From IMG/VR virus record IMGVR_UViG_3300029231_000022, positions 1-41,930 of that record: a stretch of 41,930 nucleotides of DNA. One strand, written 5' to 3'. Both the position numbers and the translations under genes were made by a program. The notes under the pieces are model-generated. The model was not told the origin of the DNA and did not search any database. It saw only the letters and a program-made list of their open reading frames with translations. Shown one piece after another: positions 8,678-16,189 of this stretch. Source of the DNA: a virus. Each line of letters opens with the position of its first letter. Position 1 is the stretch's first letter.

Positions 8678-8800
8678 GCAAGCCTCCCCTTGGTGACGCC
8701 TATCGCAAGCCTCCCCTTGGTGACCAAGGGGAGGTGTCACGGCGCAGCCGTGACGGAAGGGATCAGAACTGCCCGCGTTCCGCTCTGCCGCCACGCTTGC
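8678..8800. repeat. Palindromic mini-element with duplicated 5' arm (intergenic)
   Basis: GCAAGCCTCCCCTTGGTGAC at 8678-8697 and again at 8705-8724 (27-nt period). The full hairpin ends at 8734. GTCACGG-CGCAG-CCGTGAC follows, then GGGATCAGAAC and tail GCCACGCTTGC. Confidence 0.85.
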
Positions 8801-8813
8801 GTCCCGTCCTTTC

Positions 8814-8999
8814 TCACACGCCCTGAAACGTCTCCCGGACCTCCCCGCCGCGCGTCCGAAACGCCACAACGTGGAATCTCCCCGCCGGGTGCACATACGT
8901 CACCCGGCATCTTTGCGGCTTGTTTTTGATATTCGGCTTCTTGTCGTCGTCCTCGATCGTCTCCGGCGCTCTGCTCACGATGTCTCCGACCTTTAGCAT
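8814..8999 (-). CDS. Small hypothetical protein (61 aa)
   Basis: ORF MLKVGDIVSRAPETIEDDDKK... The start overlaps the preceding stop. Confidence 0.55.
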   Translation of the reverse strand: MLKVGDIVSRAPETIEDDDKKPNIKNKPQRCRVTYVHPAGRFHVVAFRTRGGEVRETFQGV

Positions 9000-9229
9000 A
9001 CACGTTCCTCCTCCGTTTTCTCTAGTGCACCACTGTCTGGGATTTTCTCCCTACCGACCCGCTTGCCTCGCAGCCCGTTCGGCAGCTCCTCCAGCGGCAG
9101 CTCCCGCCTGCGCTTAAATTCTCCCGCGTCAAAGCCGCAGCGCCGGCACTCCGCCCCGTTGGGCGATACATACGCGCACCCGCCCTGTAGGCAGTTCCCC
9201 CGCGCCCGCGTCTCCAGCTTTCCCCTCAT
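8993..9229 (-). CDS. Zn-ribbon-like small protein (78 aa)
   Basis: AAGGAGG RBS. Cys pattern is C..GGC...C..C. Confidence 0.55.
   Translation of the reverse strand: MRGKLETRARGNCLQGGCAYVSPNGAECRRCGFDAGEFKRRRELPLEELPNGLRGKRVGREKIPDSGALEKTEEERVC
9019..9031 (-). promoter_or_regulatory. Second copy of the 13-mer GGTGCACTAGAGA
   Basis: TCTCTAGTGCACC on the + strand, 20 nt upstream of the start at 8999. Confidence 0.5.
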
Positions 9230-9533
9230 GGCTTCCTCCTTTTTTCGTCAGCTCACCCAGCTCGTGCACCATCCGTTTCCCGATGTACTCGCAGTACGCA
9301 CGTTCGATCTGCGCGCCCGCGCTGTCTCCGGCGTCCGGCAGAAAGATCACGCAATCCGCCACATCGATCATCGCAAAGCAGATGCGCATATAGTCCGCCG
9401 CCGTCATCCCCTCCGGCAGCTCCGCCGGATTCAGGGCAATGTGTCCGAGTGCTTCCACCTGCCGCGCTGCGCAGGCAAACTTCCTCCGATACTCCGGGTC
9501 ACCCGTGATCTTCCCGGCAATGTAAATCTTCAC
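9129..9533 (-). CDS. DUF4406 / nucleoside deoxyribosyltransferase-like protein
   Basis: GTG start overlapping the ASCH stop. N-terminus VKIYIAGKITGD... is typical of that fold family (from memory). Confidence 0.55.
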   Translation of the reverse strand: MKIYIAGKITGDPEYRRKFACAARQVEALGHIALNPAELPEGMTAADYMRICFAMIDVADCVIFLPDAGDSAGAQIERAYCEYIGKRMVHELGELTKKGGSHEGKAGDAGAGELPTGRVRVCIAQRGGVPALRL

Positions 9534-10024
9534 GGCAATTCCTCCACATAGCACCAGCTCTGCGGCGGGCGCGTGATCGTCACAGGTTCTGCTCCGAATT
9601 TTGTCTGTCGCAAGCCGGTAAATTCGCGCAGTTCTCGCAGCGTATCGTAAATCTTGAGGTCGGAGATGTGCCAGCCGTAACCCTCGCAGCCTTTCATGTA
9701 TTCTCCAATTTCTTCTTCCTTCAAGCAAGTATCGCTCAACATCGGTACGCGGAACGAAAACGCTCCGATTTCATCGAAAAATATCCCCTGTTCTGGATAT
9801 ATATCTCTTTCGATTTTGTACATTTTGTCACACACAAATTCACCAATGACCTTGCCGCGCGCCTCGACCAGCCTGCGCGGGTCACCGTCTTTTGTGCAGT
9901 AGATGTGGCACTTAAACGGCGTTTCCAGTTTCGGTCTGTTCTTTCTGACTTCAATGGTTTTTTCTCCGCTTACGATCTTCTCACACCACTTCGGGCGGAT
10001 GCTGATAAGTACTGCTTTGCTCAT
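9530..10024 (-). CDS. ASCH (PUA-like) domain protein
   Basis: MSKAVLISIRPKWCEKIVSGEKTIEVRK is an ASCH-type N-terminus. Confidence 0.65.
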   Translation of the reverse strand: MSKAVLISIRPKWCEKIVSGEKTIEVRKNRPKLETPFKCHIYCTKDGDPRRLVEARGKVIGEFVCDKMYKIERDIYPEQGIFFDEIGAFSFRVPMLSDTCLKEEEIGEYMKGCEGYGWHISDLKIYDTLRELREFTGLRQTKFGAEPVTITRPPQSWCYVEELP

Positions 10025-10260
10025 GCTTCATCTCCCCCCAAATCGCCCAGCAGCTCCACCGTGACCACGACCCGCCCGGCGAATCCCCCGTTCCAGTCCT
10101 TTTTCGGCTTGAGCTTTTCCACCCCATCCATGACCGTTTTGATAATGTCCTGCGAGTTGCATATCAGGCAATCCTCCGTGTAAGACAGAACACCGCTCAT
10201 TTCAATTCCCACGCGTGGCCGCTGCTGATAAAGCCCCGTCATATAGTTCTTTTCATCCAT
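10021..10260 (-). CDS. Hypothetical protein (79 aa)
   Basis: ATG (MDEKNY...) with a GGAGGG RBS. The track ORF start lies inside the upstream gene. Confidence 0.5.
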   Translation of the reverse strand: MDEKNYMTGLYQQRPRVGIEMSGVLSYTEDCLICNSQDIIKTVMDGVEKLKPKKDWNGGFAGRVVVTVELLGDLGGDEA

Positions 10261-10486
10261 CCTTTTTGCCCTCCATCCTTTCATATCGCTTGCACGGTCC
10301 ATCGTTCACGCGATCTCTCAGTTCTTCCGCCGAAATCCGCTCGCCCTTTTCCAGCAGGCAGCGCCACGGGTAAACGTAATTCTCGCGGTGCTCAATGTGC
10401 CTGCACGATAAGCAGCACGGCGGCATCCTGATCTGCCCGCGCCCCCGGAGCGAATACATCCAGTTCTTCATTCGATACCCTTGCAT
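10253..10486 (-). CDS. Cys-rich hypothetical protein (77 aa)
   Basis: AAGGAGG RBS. Sequence contains CCLSCRH...C. Confidence 0.55.
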   Translation of the reverse strand: MQGYRMKNWMYSLRGRGQIRMPPCCLSCRHIEHRENYVYPWRCLLEKGERISAEELRDRVNDGPCKRYERMEGKKDG

Positions 10487-10496
10487 TTTTCCTCCT

Positions 10497-10877
10497 TCAC
10501 GGGCGTAGCACCCGCAGGAATGTTCTGTATTCCATCACATCCCGCAGCGGATCGTAGGATGCCCTGATCTCGATCAAATCGCGGATCTCCTCGGCATAAA
10601 ACTGATACGCCGCCTGCCTTGATACCATCTGCCACGCCGCTGCGCCCTTAAAATTTGCAAGCTCCTCTCTTGTGAGGTGGAAATCTTTGTTCAGCGTGAC
10701 TACATCTCTGTGCTCTGTGCTGCGCTTTGTGCAGCTCTCGCTCCACTGCTCCAGTATCTTCTCGTTTTCCTTTTCCGCTTCTCTCCTTCGCCTGTCGCAA
10801 CCCCCGCGCACCACCCATCCGATTGCACCGCACACCAGCAGTGCGAGCGCAAAAATCACCCAGTGCATCTCAATCAT
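10497..10877 (-). CDS. Membrane-anchored hypothetical protein (126 aa)
   Basis: Start MIEMHWVIFALALLVCGAIGWVV gives an N-terminal TM helix. ATGA overlap with the upstream stop. Confidence 0.55.
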   Translation of the reverse strand: MIEMHWVIFALALLVCGAIGWVVRGGCDRRRREAEKENEKILEQWSESCTKRSTEHRDVVTLNKDFHLTREELANFKGAAAWQMVSRQAAYQFYAEEIRDLIEIRASYDPLRDVMEYRTFLRVLRP

Positions 10878-11056
10878 TTTTCTGTCCCTCCATCCATCTT
10901 CGCACCGCAGTTGGGGCAGTAGAAAAAGCTGCTCCAGATCTCTGCTTTCAAAATCCGTTCCGCCTGCCACTTGGTCAGATGCGGCGCTCGCTTCTTCGGC
11001 GGCAGCTCGCCTTTTGCTGCTGCGATGGCGGTCGGGTTGTGTTTATGTTGCCCCAT
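10874..11056 (-). CDS. Small Zn-ribbon-like protein (60 aa)
   Basis: AGGAGGG RBS. C-terminal motif is CPNCGAKM. Confidence 0.55.
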   Translation of the reverse strand: MGQHKHNPTAIAAAKGELPPKKRAPHLTKWQAERILKAEIWSSFFYCPNCGAKMDGGTEK

Positions 11057-11072
11057 CGGTTACCCTCCTGTT

Positions 11073-11312
11073 CTATGCTTCAGTGGCTTGTTCTTCCGTG
11101 TCGTAAATATACACACCGCCCAAAATCCCGCCATCGCACTCATAGCTTGCAATCGGGCATTTCGGGTTTTCCTCGTGAGCGTGGTGAAGCATAAATCCAA
11201 GCCCACTATAGGGATGTTCTCTATATGCCTCATCATGTAGATTCCCTTCGTCATCGCACAGAACAAGGCTAACTTTACCGCCGCAGAACGGACATGATTT
11301 CAATTCAGGCAC
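11073..11312 (-). CDS. lar: Lar-family restriction-alleviation-like protein
   Basis: The (V)PELKSCPFCGGKV N-terminus matches the Lar-family hallmark ELKPCPFCGG. The GTG/TTG start is uncertain. Confidence 0.55.
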   Translation of the reverse strand: MPELKSCPFCGGKVSLVLCDDEGNLHDEAYREHPYSGLGFMLHHAHEENPKCPIASYECDGGILGGVYIYDTEEQATEA

Positions 11313-11787
11313 CCTTCTTGCCCTCCATCGCCCGCTCGACCTCAATGCAGGTATAGTGACGGCTGAAATAATCCCAATTTGCCGCGCAGGCGCTTCCCGC
11401 ATCGTCCGGCGTTGCGCCCTCATCATCAAAGTAGATGTTGATGTTCGTCCCAAATGGCTCTATGCTGACGATTACTGCGGTTATTCGCACTGCTCGACCG
11501 TCCGCATCTGCCCAGCGTTCTCCCACCTTGCACGGCAGTACCACCAGCCGACCGTCCTTGTCTGCCTTCATCAGCTCCACCATCCAAGCGACGGAATATC
11601 CGTCCTCATTTAATCCATCTTCAATTTGCCGTGCGTGCGCTGCCGCCGTTGGCGAAATGCGCGCATCTTCGTACAGTTTCAGCCGATCCCACACCTGCTT
11701 CTGCGTGCAGTTGTTGTCATACGGACACGGCAGCTCGCGGCACTGTACAATGTCGCAGAAGTTTCCATCAAAGGTTATTCGTTCCAT
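11305..11787 (-). CDS. Cys-rich hypothetical protein (160 aa)
   Basis: The second ATG (MERITFDG...) has better RBS spacing than the track start. Motif CPYDNNC...WDRLKLYED. Confidence 0.55.
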   Translation of the reverse strand: MERITFDGNFCDIVQCRELPCPYDNNCTQKQVWDRLKLYEDARISPTAAAHARQIEDGLNEDGYSVAWMVELMKADKDGRLVVLPCKVGERWADADGRAVRITAVIVSIEPFGTNINIYFDDEGATPDDAGSACAANWDYFSRHYTCIEVERAMEGKKGA

Positions 11788-12115
11788 TGGCATCCTCCTT
11801 GTCCTCGAACTGCTTCAAGTGTTCGCGCAGCTCTGCGCACACCCAGCCTGCCTGATATAGCAGCGCTATAACGTGTTCTGGAGTGTCTACATCATCCCAT
11901 AGCCATTCAGCCATCATCATGGAGTAGGAGTCGTCCGATATGCTCAAATCTACGCTCGGGATATTCCACCTGACCATATCGCGCGACAGTTCAAACAGGC
12001 TGACGTCTGTTCCGCCCTTCCCATAGCCGCGCACCCAGACTTCCTTGTCCTTGATGTAGAAAAGGTTCAGCGCCATTTCAAAATTGTTTTTCGGGGTATC
12101 CGTTGTAAGTCTCAT
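11768..12115 (-). CDS. Hypothetical protein (115 aa)
   Basis: ATGA overlap start, MRLTTDTPKNNFEMALNLFYIKD... Confidence 0.55.
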   Translation of the reverse strand: MRLTTDTPKNNFEMALNLFYIKDKEVWVRGYGKGGTDVSLFELSRDMVRWNIPSVDLSISDDSYSMMMAEWLWDDVDTPEHVIALLYQAGWVCAELREHLKQFEDKEDANGTNNL

Positions 12116-12534
12116 GCTTTTTCTCCTTCCTCCGGCACTTCCGGCAAGCCGCGCCATTCCCAGCGGCTGGAATTGACGCATTGGTGACATGGACAATTTT
12201 TCGTCACACAGTTCATGCAGTCTATGACATCCGCATCATAAAATTCGCAGTAGTTGAAATGCTTACAATCCGAACACGCGCGCTTCGCTTTTATCTGCTC
12301 AAGCAGCGCGTCCCTCTCGGCTTCTGCCTTCGCGTTCTCGGCGGTCAAGCGCTCGATCGCATCCGCGGCATCAGAAATGATCTGGTACACCTTGCACGAT
12401 GCCCACCCGCACAGCTTTTGCCATTCTTCAAGATTCTCCGTTGCCCAATACGGGCATTTCTTACATCCTTCGTTCGTGGCTTTCTCATGTCTAGCCCGAC
12501 ACCGCAGCGCCTGCACGATCTCTTTTCCAGTCAT
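12112..12534 (-). CDS. Cys-rich hypothetical protein (140 aa)
   Basis: MTGKEIVQALRCRARHEK...CKKCPYW, a coiled-coil centre and a C-rich C-terminus. Confidence 0.6.
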   Translation of the reverse strand: MTGKEIVQALRCRARHEKATNEGCKKCPYWATENLEEWQKLCGWASCKVYQIISDAADAIERLTAENAKAEAERDALLEQIKAKRACSDCKHFNYCEFYDADVIDCMNCVTKNCPCHQCVNSSRWEWRGLPEVPEEGEKA

Positions 12535-13409
12535 AGGGTTTCTTCCTCCATCCCTTCAAGAACCATTTGCCCCGGCAGCACGCCGTCCTCCATCCACCAG
12601 TGCATCACGTCATCACCTGTTTGCCAGTCGCTAGTCAAGCCTCGCTTTTTCCGTTCCGCAAGCATCCTGTCAAATGCCCGCACATACGCAGCTTTGATCT
12701 TTGGATACCGTGCAAACTCCGTGATTCTGTGTTTGCTAGCCATCGGGCAGCCAATGCACCCCACGCGCTTCCATCCGCAATCATACAGAGGGTTCATGCA
12801 GATGTGCTCCGCGGATACATAGTCCCATATATCCGCCTCCTTCCACCCGATGATTGGATTGACAACGCGTTTCCCTTTTAACTGGCAGCTCTCAAATGCC
12901 ATGCGGCTCTCGTCGTTGTCGTTCATCAGCGTCAGTTTTTTGTTGATATTTTTGTGCTGCACTTCCAGCATTCCGCGTTTTTTTCGCTTTACGGATTCTG
13001 CCCAGCGGACGCCGGTTGCGATAAATTGTCCCTTTCCGCCGCCCTCTTTGAGTGCTGTGCAGCAATATCGCATGAGGCGTGTCGGCGGCATGAGTCTCCT
13101 CGGAATCAAATTCCACATCGTAACATTTCTGCCGTCCGGCGTTTTGTGCGTGTCGATGGTGCACGGGACGCCTTGTAGCTCCAATCGGCGGAAGGTAGCC
13201 CGCACATGGTGTACCGTCTCCGGCGCGTCTGCCGTGGTCAGCGAGTGCAGCGCCTCATACGGGATACCTGCTTTCCCTGCCAGATGCAGGAGCACGTCCG
13301 AATCCTTCCCGCCGGAGTAGGTGATGACAAGCGGCTGCTTGTACAGCTTCAGCGACATTTCAGACGCCACTTTCAAAAGCTCTATCGCAGAGTGTTCCAG
13401 ATCACTCAC
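12531..13409 (-). CDS. PAPS reductase / PP-loop ATPase family protein
   Basis: The SGGKDS PP-loop sits near the N-terminus. Length 292 aa. Confidence 0.8.
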   Translation of the reverse strand: MSDLEHSAIELLKVASEMSLKLYKQPLVITYSGGKDSDVLLHLAGKAGIPYEALHSLTTADAPETVHHVRATFRRLELQGVPCTIDTHKTPDGRNVTMWNLIPRRLMPPTRLMRYCCTALKEGGGKGQFIATGVRWAESVKRKKRGMLEVQHKNINKKLTLMNDNDESRMAFESCQLKGKRVVNPIIGWKEADIWDYVSAEHICMNPLYDCGWKRVGCIGCPMASKHRITEFARYPKIKAAYVRAFDRMLAERKKRGLTSDWQTGDDVMHWWMEDGVLPGQMVLEGMEEETL

Positions 13410-13485
13410 CGTATCCGTCCCTCCTTTTTTTCTCTTCTCCGCTTGCGCAATCCCGCAGCGCCTGCACGTTCTCTTTTTCCGTCAT
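13402..13485 (-). CDS. Unlisted 27-aa ORF (MTEKENVQALRDCASGEEKKRRDGYGE)
   Basis: ATGA overlap with the Dam stop. The N-terminus parallels MTGKEIVQALRC of 12112..12534. It fills the only gap here. Confidence 0.3.
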   Translation of the reverse strand: MTEKENVQALRDCASGEEKKRRDGYGE

Positions 13486-13919
13486 AACTGCTCCTTTACC
13501 AGCTCCGATCGAAATATCACAACCATAGATGGAAATGTTGCGCTGTTTTTACTCCCACCGAATTTCAGTCTCCCGGCAACAAACCTAATTTCTGCCTTCC
13601 CATAAACATAGTTATGAAACCACTTCGTGTCCGTTCGCGCCGGTAACAGCATAACGACTGTCGCCCCCTCGTCCGCTGACTTGCTCGCCTTTTCGACCCA
13701 CTGCCCGATTTCTCGCCCGTATGGCGGATTGCAAAAGCAAGTTCCCGTCCACTTCTGTTTAAGCGCATCGTCTTCCGGCGTAAAATAGCGCTCGCATTTG
13801 GCGTTTTCTGGAAGCGCACAAACATCTATCGTAAAATCAAACTCCTCGTTTAGCTTATTGAAAAAGTCCTGCGGCGTACTCCACACCGTCTCTTTTGACG
13901 AAAACAGCACTCTGTTCAC
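13482..13919 (-). CDS. dam: Phage-type DNA N6-adenine methyltransferase
   Basis: 145 aa with NPPY (FCNPPYGREI). Organised like the small phage Dam family. Confidence 0.8.
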   Translation of the reverse strand: MNRVLFSSKETVWSTPQDFFNKLNEEFDFTIDVCALPENAKCERYFTPEDDALKQKWTGTCFCNPPYGREIGQWVEKASKSADEGATVVMLLPARTDTKWFHNYVYGKAEIRFVAGRLKFGGSKNSATFPSMVVIFRSELVKEQL

Positions 13920-14119
13920 CGTATCCGCCCCTCCTTCCGCATTTTATCCCGCTCCCGCACCCGCCGCTCCTGTGCGGGCGTGTTGCCGGTGTTGTTGCTG
14001 TGCACCGCATTGCGTGCATATTCCGCCATCTTGTGCTCCGCGTATTCCAGATACGCCGCGCAGTCAAGCCGGCACGTCGCGCTGCGCCTCTTGCAACCCT
14101 TCTTGCATGGGCATTTCAT
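13916..14119 (-). CDS. Cys-rich small protein (67 aa)
   Basis: Internal ATG, MKCPCKKGCKRRSATCRLDCAAY... Confidence 0.5.
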   Translation of the reverse strand: MKCPCKKGCKRRSATCRLDCAAYLEYAEHKMAEYARNAVHSNNTGNTPAQERRVRERDKMRKEGRIR

Positions 14120-14264
14120 CGTCCGTTCCCTCCCAATATAGGCACACCGGGATGCTCTCCCGGTGCTCCGCCGCCAGATGGCAGAATGCCCCGACGCCGC
14201 GCTGCGCGCAGTTGCGGCAGCCGTCATACCCGTCCGGCACGAGCCATCCGTTTACCTCTTTCAT
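14064..14264 (-). CDS. Small Cys-containing protein (66 aa)
   Basis: ATGA overlap start, MKEVNGWLVPDGYDGCRNC... Confidence 0.5.
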   Translation of the reverse strand: MKEVNGWLVPDGYDGCRNCAQRGVGAFCHLAAEHRESIPVCLYWEGTDDEMPMQEGLQEAQRDVPA

Positions 14265-14500
14265 CCCTTGCACTTCCTCGCGCTGCACGCGCTGTAATTT
14301 TCAAGCCGTTTCCAGTCCAACCCCCAGTGCTCCAGCGCCGCCTTGATCGCCGCCTGCGGGCTGGGGGCGCGAACGCGCAGGACTGTGTTCCCGCGCGTCA
14401 CCCACCATTCTGCCTTGCCCTTGTACTCCCCGGCACAAACAGTGTTCTCCTGCCGGCGAAAGCCGCCCGCCTGATACCCGCATATCATTCCGTCCACCAT
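14261..14500 (-). CDS. Hypothetical protein (79 aa)
   Basis: ATG at 14500 with GGGAGG 7 nt upstream, MVDGMICGYQAGG... Confidence 0.5.
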   Translation of the reverse strand: MVDGMICGYQAGGFRRQENTVCAGEYKGKAEWWVTRGNTVLRVRAPSPQAAIKAALEHWGLDWKRLENYSACSARKCKG

Positions 14501-15126
14501 ACCGTCGCCTCCCGCACGCCCAGCTTCAGCGCCTCCTCGTGCGTCTGCACGGCAAGGTCGACGTGCCCGCCCAGCACGGCGCTGCCCGTGTCCTCCGCAA
14601 TGTAGCTGTGCAGCACGCCGTCGCCGTAGTCCACAAAAATCTCCGCCCCCAGCGGGATCACGTTGGGATCGACTGCCGCCGACCGCCCCGCCGTCACGTC
14701 TGTGCCCGTCGCGGTCTTGCCCGTCCCGCCGCCGCATACGTGTTCCCGTTTTTCGCAGCAGTAGTATGTAATGGTGCACTCCCGGAGCACGCCATCAAAC
14801 CCGCGCAGCTCGTCCAGATCGTTCCGCTCCGTCTCCGGGTATTCATTTTCCAGCAGCACGATCTCATACTCCAGCTCCCGTGTTTCCGCTGCCTCCCCTT
14901 GGTTACGCCCCTCGCTTGCCTCCCCTTGGTGACCAAGGGGAGGTGGCGCGCAGCGACGGAGGGGATCAGAGCTGCCCCCGTTCTGCTCTGTCGCCACGTT
15001 TGCTTCCGCGCGCGCCCGCGCCGCCCGCGCCGTTCCCAGCACCAGCAGCTCAAGCACCGCCAGCGCCAGCACCACCATCAGCACAAACTCGCCGACCACC
15101 CGCAGCGTCTCACGTCTCTTTCCCAT
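14485..15126 (-). CDS. Membrane-anchored 3D-domain (RlpA/MltA-like) protein
   Basis: Start MGKRRETLRVVGEFVLMVVLALAV gives a TM helix. C-terminus has ITYYC...GTGKTATGT...VAVDPNVIPLGAEIFV...AEDTGSAV, a 3D-domain signature. An element is inserted between them. Confidence 0.65.
   Translation of the reverse strand: MGKRRETLRVVGEFVLMVVLALAVLELLVLGTARAARARAEANVATEQNGGSSDPLRRCAPPPLGHQGEASEGRNQGEAAETRELEYEIVLLENEYPETERNDLDELRGFDGVLRECTITYYCCEKREHVCGGGTGKTATGTDVTAGRSAAVDPNVIPLGAEIFVDYGDGVLHSYIAEDTGSAVLGGHVDLAVQTHEEALKLGVREATVWWTE
14890..15012. repeat. Palindromic mini-element with duplicated 5' arm, in-frame in the 3D-domain gene
   Basis: TGCCTCCCCTTGG at 14890 and 14917 (27-nt period). Full hairpin runs 14917-14943. 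Translated as NGGSSDPLRRCAPPPLGHQGEASEGRNQGEA. Confidence 0.85.
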
Positions 15127-15137
15127 CGTTCTCTCCT

Positions 15138-15665
15138 TTACTCCGCGATCGCCAGCAGCACGCGGTGCAGCTCGTCCGTGTTTGCCATCGGCATCACCAA
15201 GCCCACCAGCATAAACCCCGCCTTTGCCGCGACCATCTCCGGGCATCCCGCCGGAGCGCGCAGCGTCAGCTCCACGTTTTCATACTCCGCAAGGATCGGC
15301 GCGAGCAGCGCACGGTCCACCCAGCGTACCCCGACGCCCGGCACGACCAGCGGCATCAGCTCCCGACCTTCGTAGTTCACGCTCACGCTCTGCCGCACAG
15401 CAGCTTTTTCTCCGTCTGCCGTATCCAAAAAGCAGATAGAGGGCGGCGCTTCCCGCTCCCGAATGCGCATGGCGTCCTTCTGCTTGTCGTTCAGCTCCAG
15501 CAGGCTCGGCAGATTCTCCGCCCGCAAATGCGGCAGCCCCTCCACCGGGTACAGTGCCCGCCCGTCCGTGATCCATTGCTGCACGCACCCGGAGCGATCC
15601 GTGTAGTTCACCAGCTCTGCCCAGCCCTCCTGCTTGCAGAGCTGCGCGATCTTCTTGATCTTCAT
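15138..15665 (-). CDS. Hypothetical protein (175 aa)
   Basis: ATGA overlap start, MKIKKIAQLCKQEGW... Confidence 0.55.
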   Translation of the reverse strand: MKIKKIAQLCKQEGWAELVNYTDRSGCVQQWITDGRALYPVEGLPHLRAENLPSLLELNDKQKDAMRIREREAPPSICFLDTADGEKAAVRQSVSVNYEGRELMPLVVPGVGVRWVDRALLAPILAEYENVELTLRAPAGCPEMVAAKAGFMLVGLVMPMANTDELHRVLLAIAE

Positions 15666-15943
15666 TCCTCTCCGCGCTCCTTCCGCAGTGCCCCGATGTC
15701 GATCGCCACCGCCGTTGAAGCCGCCATGATCTGATCCGCGATCTTGCATCCCTTCTCTCCGATCACCTGGCGCATCGCCTGCGCGATCATCTGCATCGCC
15801 GCCACAAGGATCGGCAGATCATCCCACGACGTTGCATTTACCATCGCATTCATGAATGCTCCATAGTGCGCAAGCCCTGCCTGTATCGCTTTGGCGGCTG
15901 CTTCGCGATCCTGCGCCTTGCAAATTCTCTCCGCGTAACTCAT
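15662..15943 (-). CDS. Hypothetical protein (93 aa)
   Basis: ATGA overlap start, MSYAERICKAQDRE... Confidence 0.5.
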   Translation of the reverse strand: MSYAERICKAQDREAAAKAIQAGLAHYGAFMNAMVNATSWDDLPILVAAMQMIAQAMRQVIGEKGCKIADQIMAASTAVAIDIGALRKERGEE

Positions 15944-16176
15944 TCTTTCTCCTCCTGTATACGCTCCGCGATCCACTGATCCAGCAGTCGCGGAAAAACC
16001 TGAAATACTGCCGACGTTTCCGTCTTGATCGCAATGCCGAACGGATACACACCTTGGATCAGCCCCGCCCGCATCGTCTCTCCCGAAATCTTCATGCCCA
16101 GGTTGCGCAGCCGCTGCGCTGCCGCCTCCGGCGTGATCGTCGCCAGCGCCATCGACGCCGGTCTGTCTCCGTACAT
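15940..16176 (-). CDS. Putative small DNA-binding protein (78 aa)
   Basis: GAGGGGG RBS. ITPEAAAQRLRNLGMKISGETMRAGL looks HTH-like. Confidence 0.45.
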   Translation of the reverse strand: MYGDRPASMALATITPEAAAQRLRNLGMKISGETMRAGLIQGVYPFGIAIKTETSAVFQVFPRLLDQWIAERIQEEKE

Positions 16177-16189
16177 ACCGTTTGCCCCC

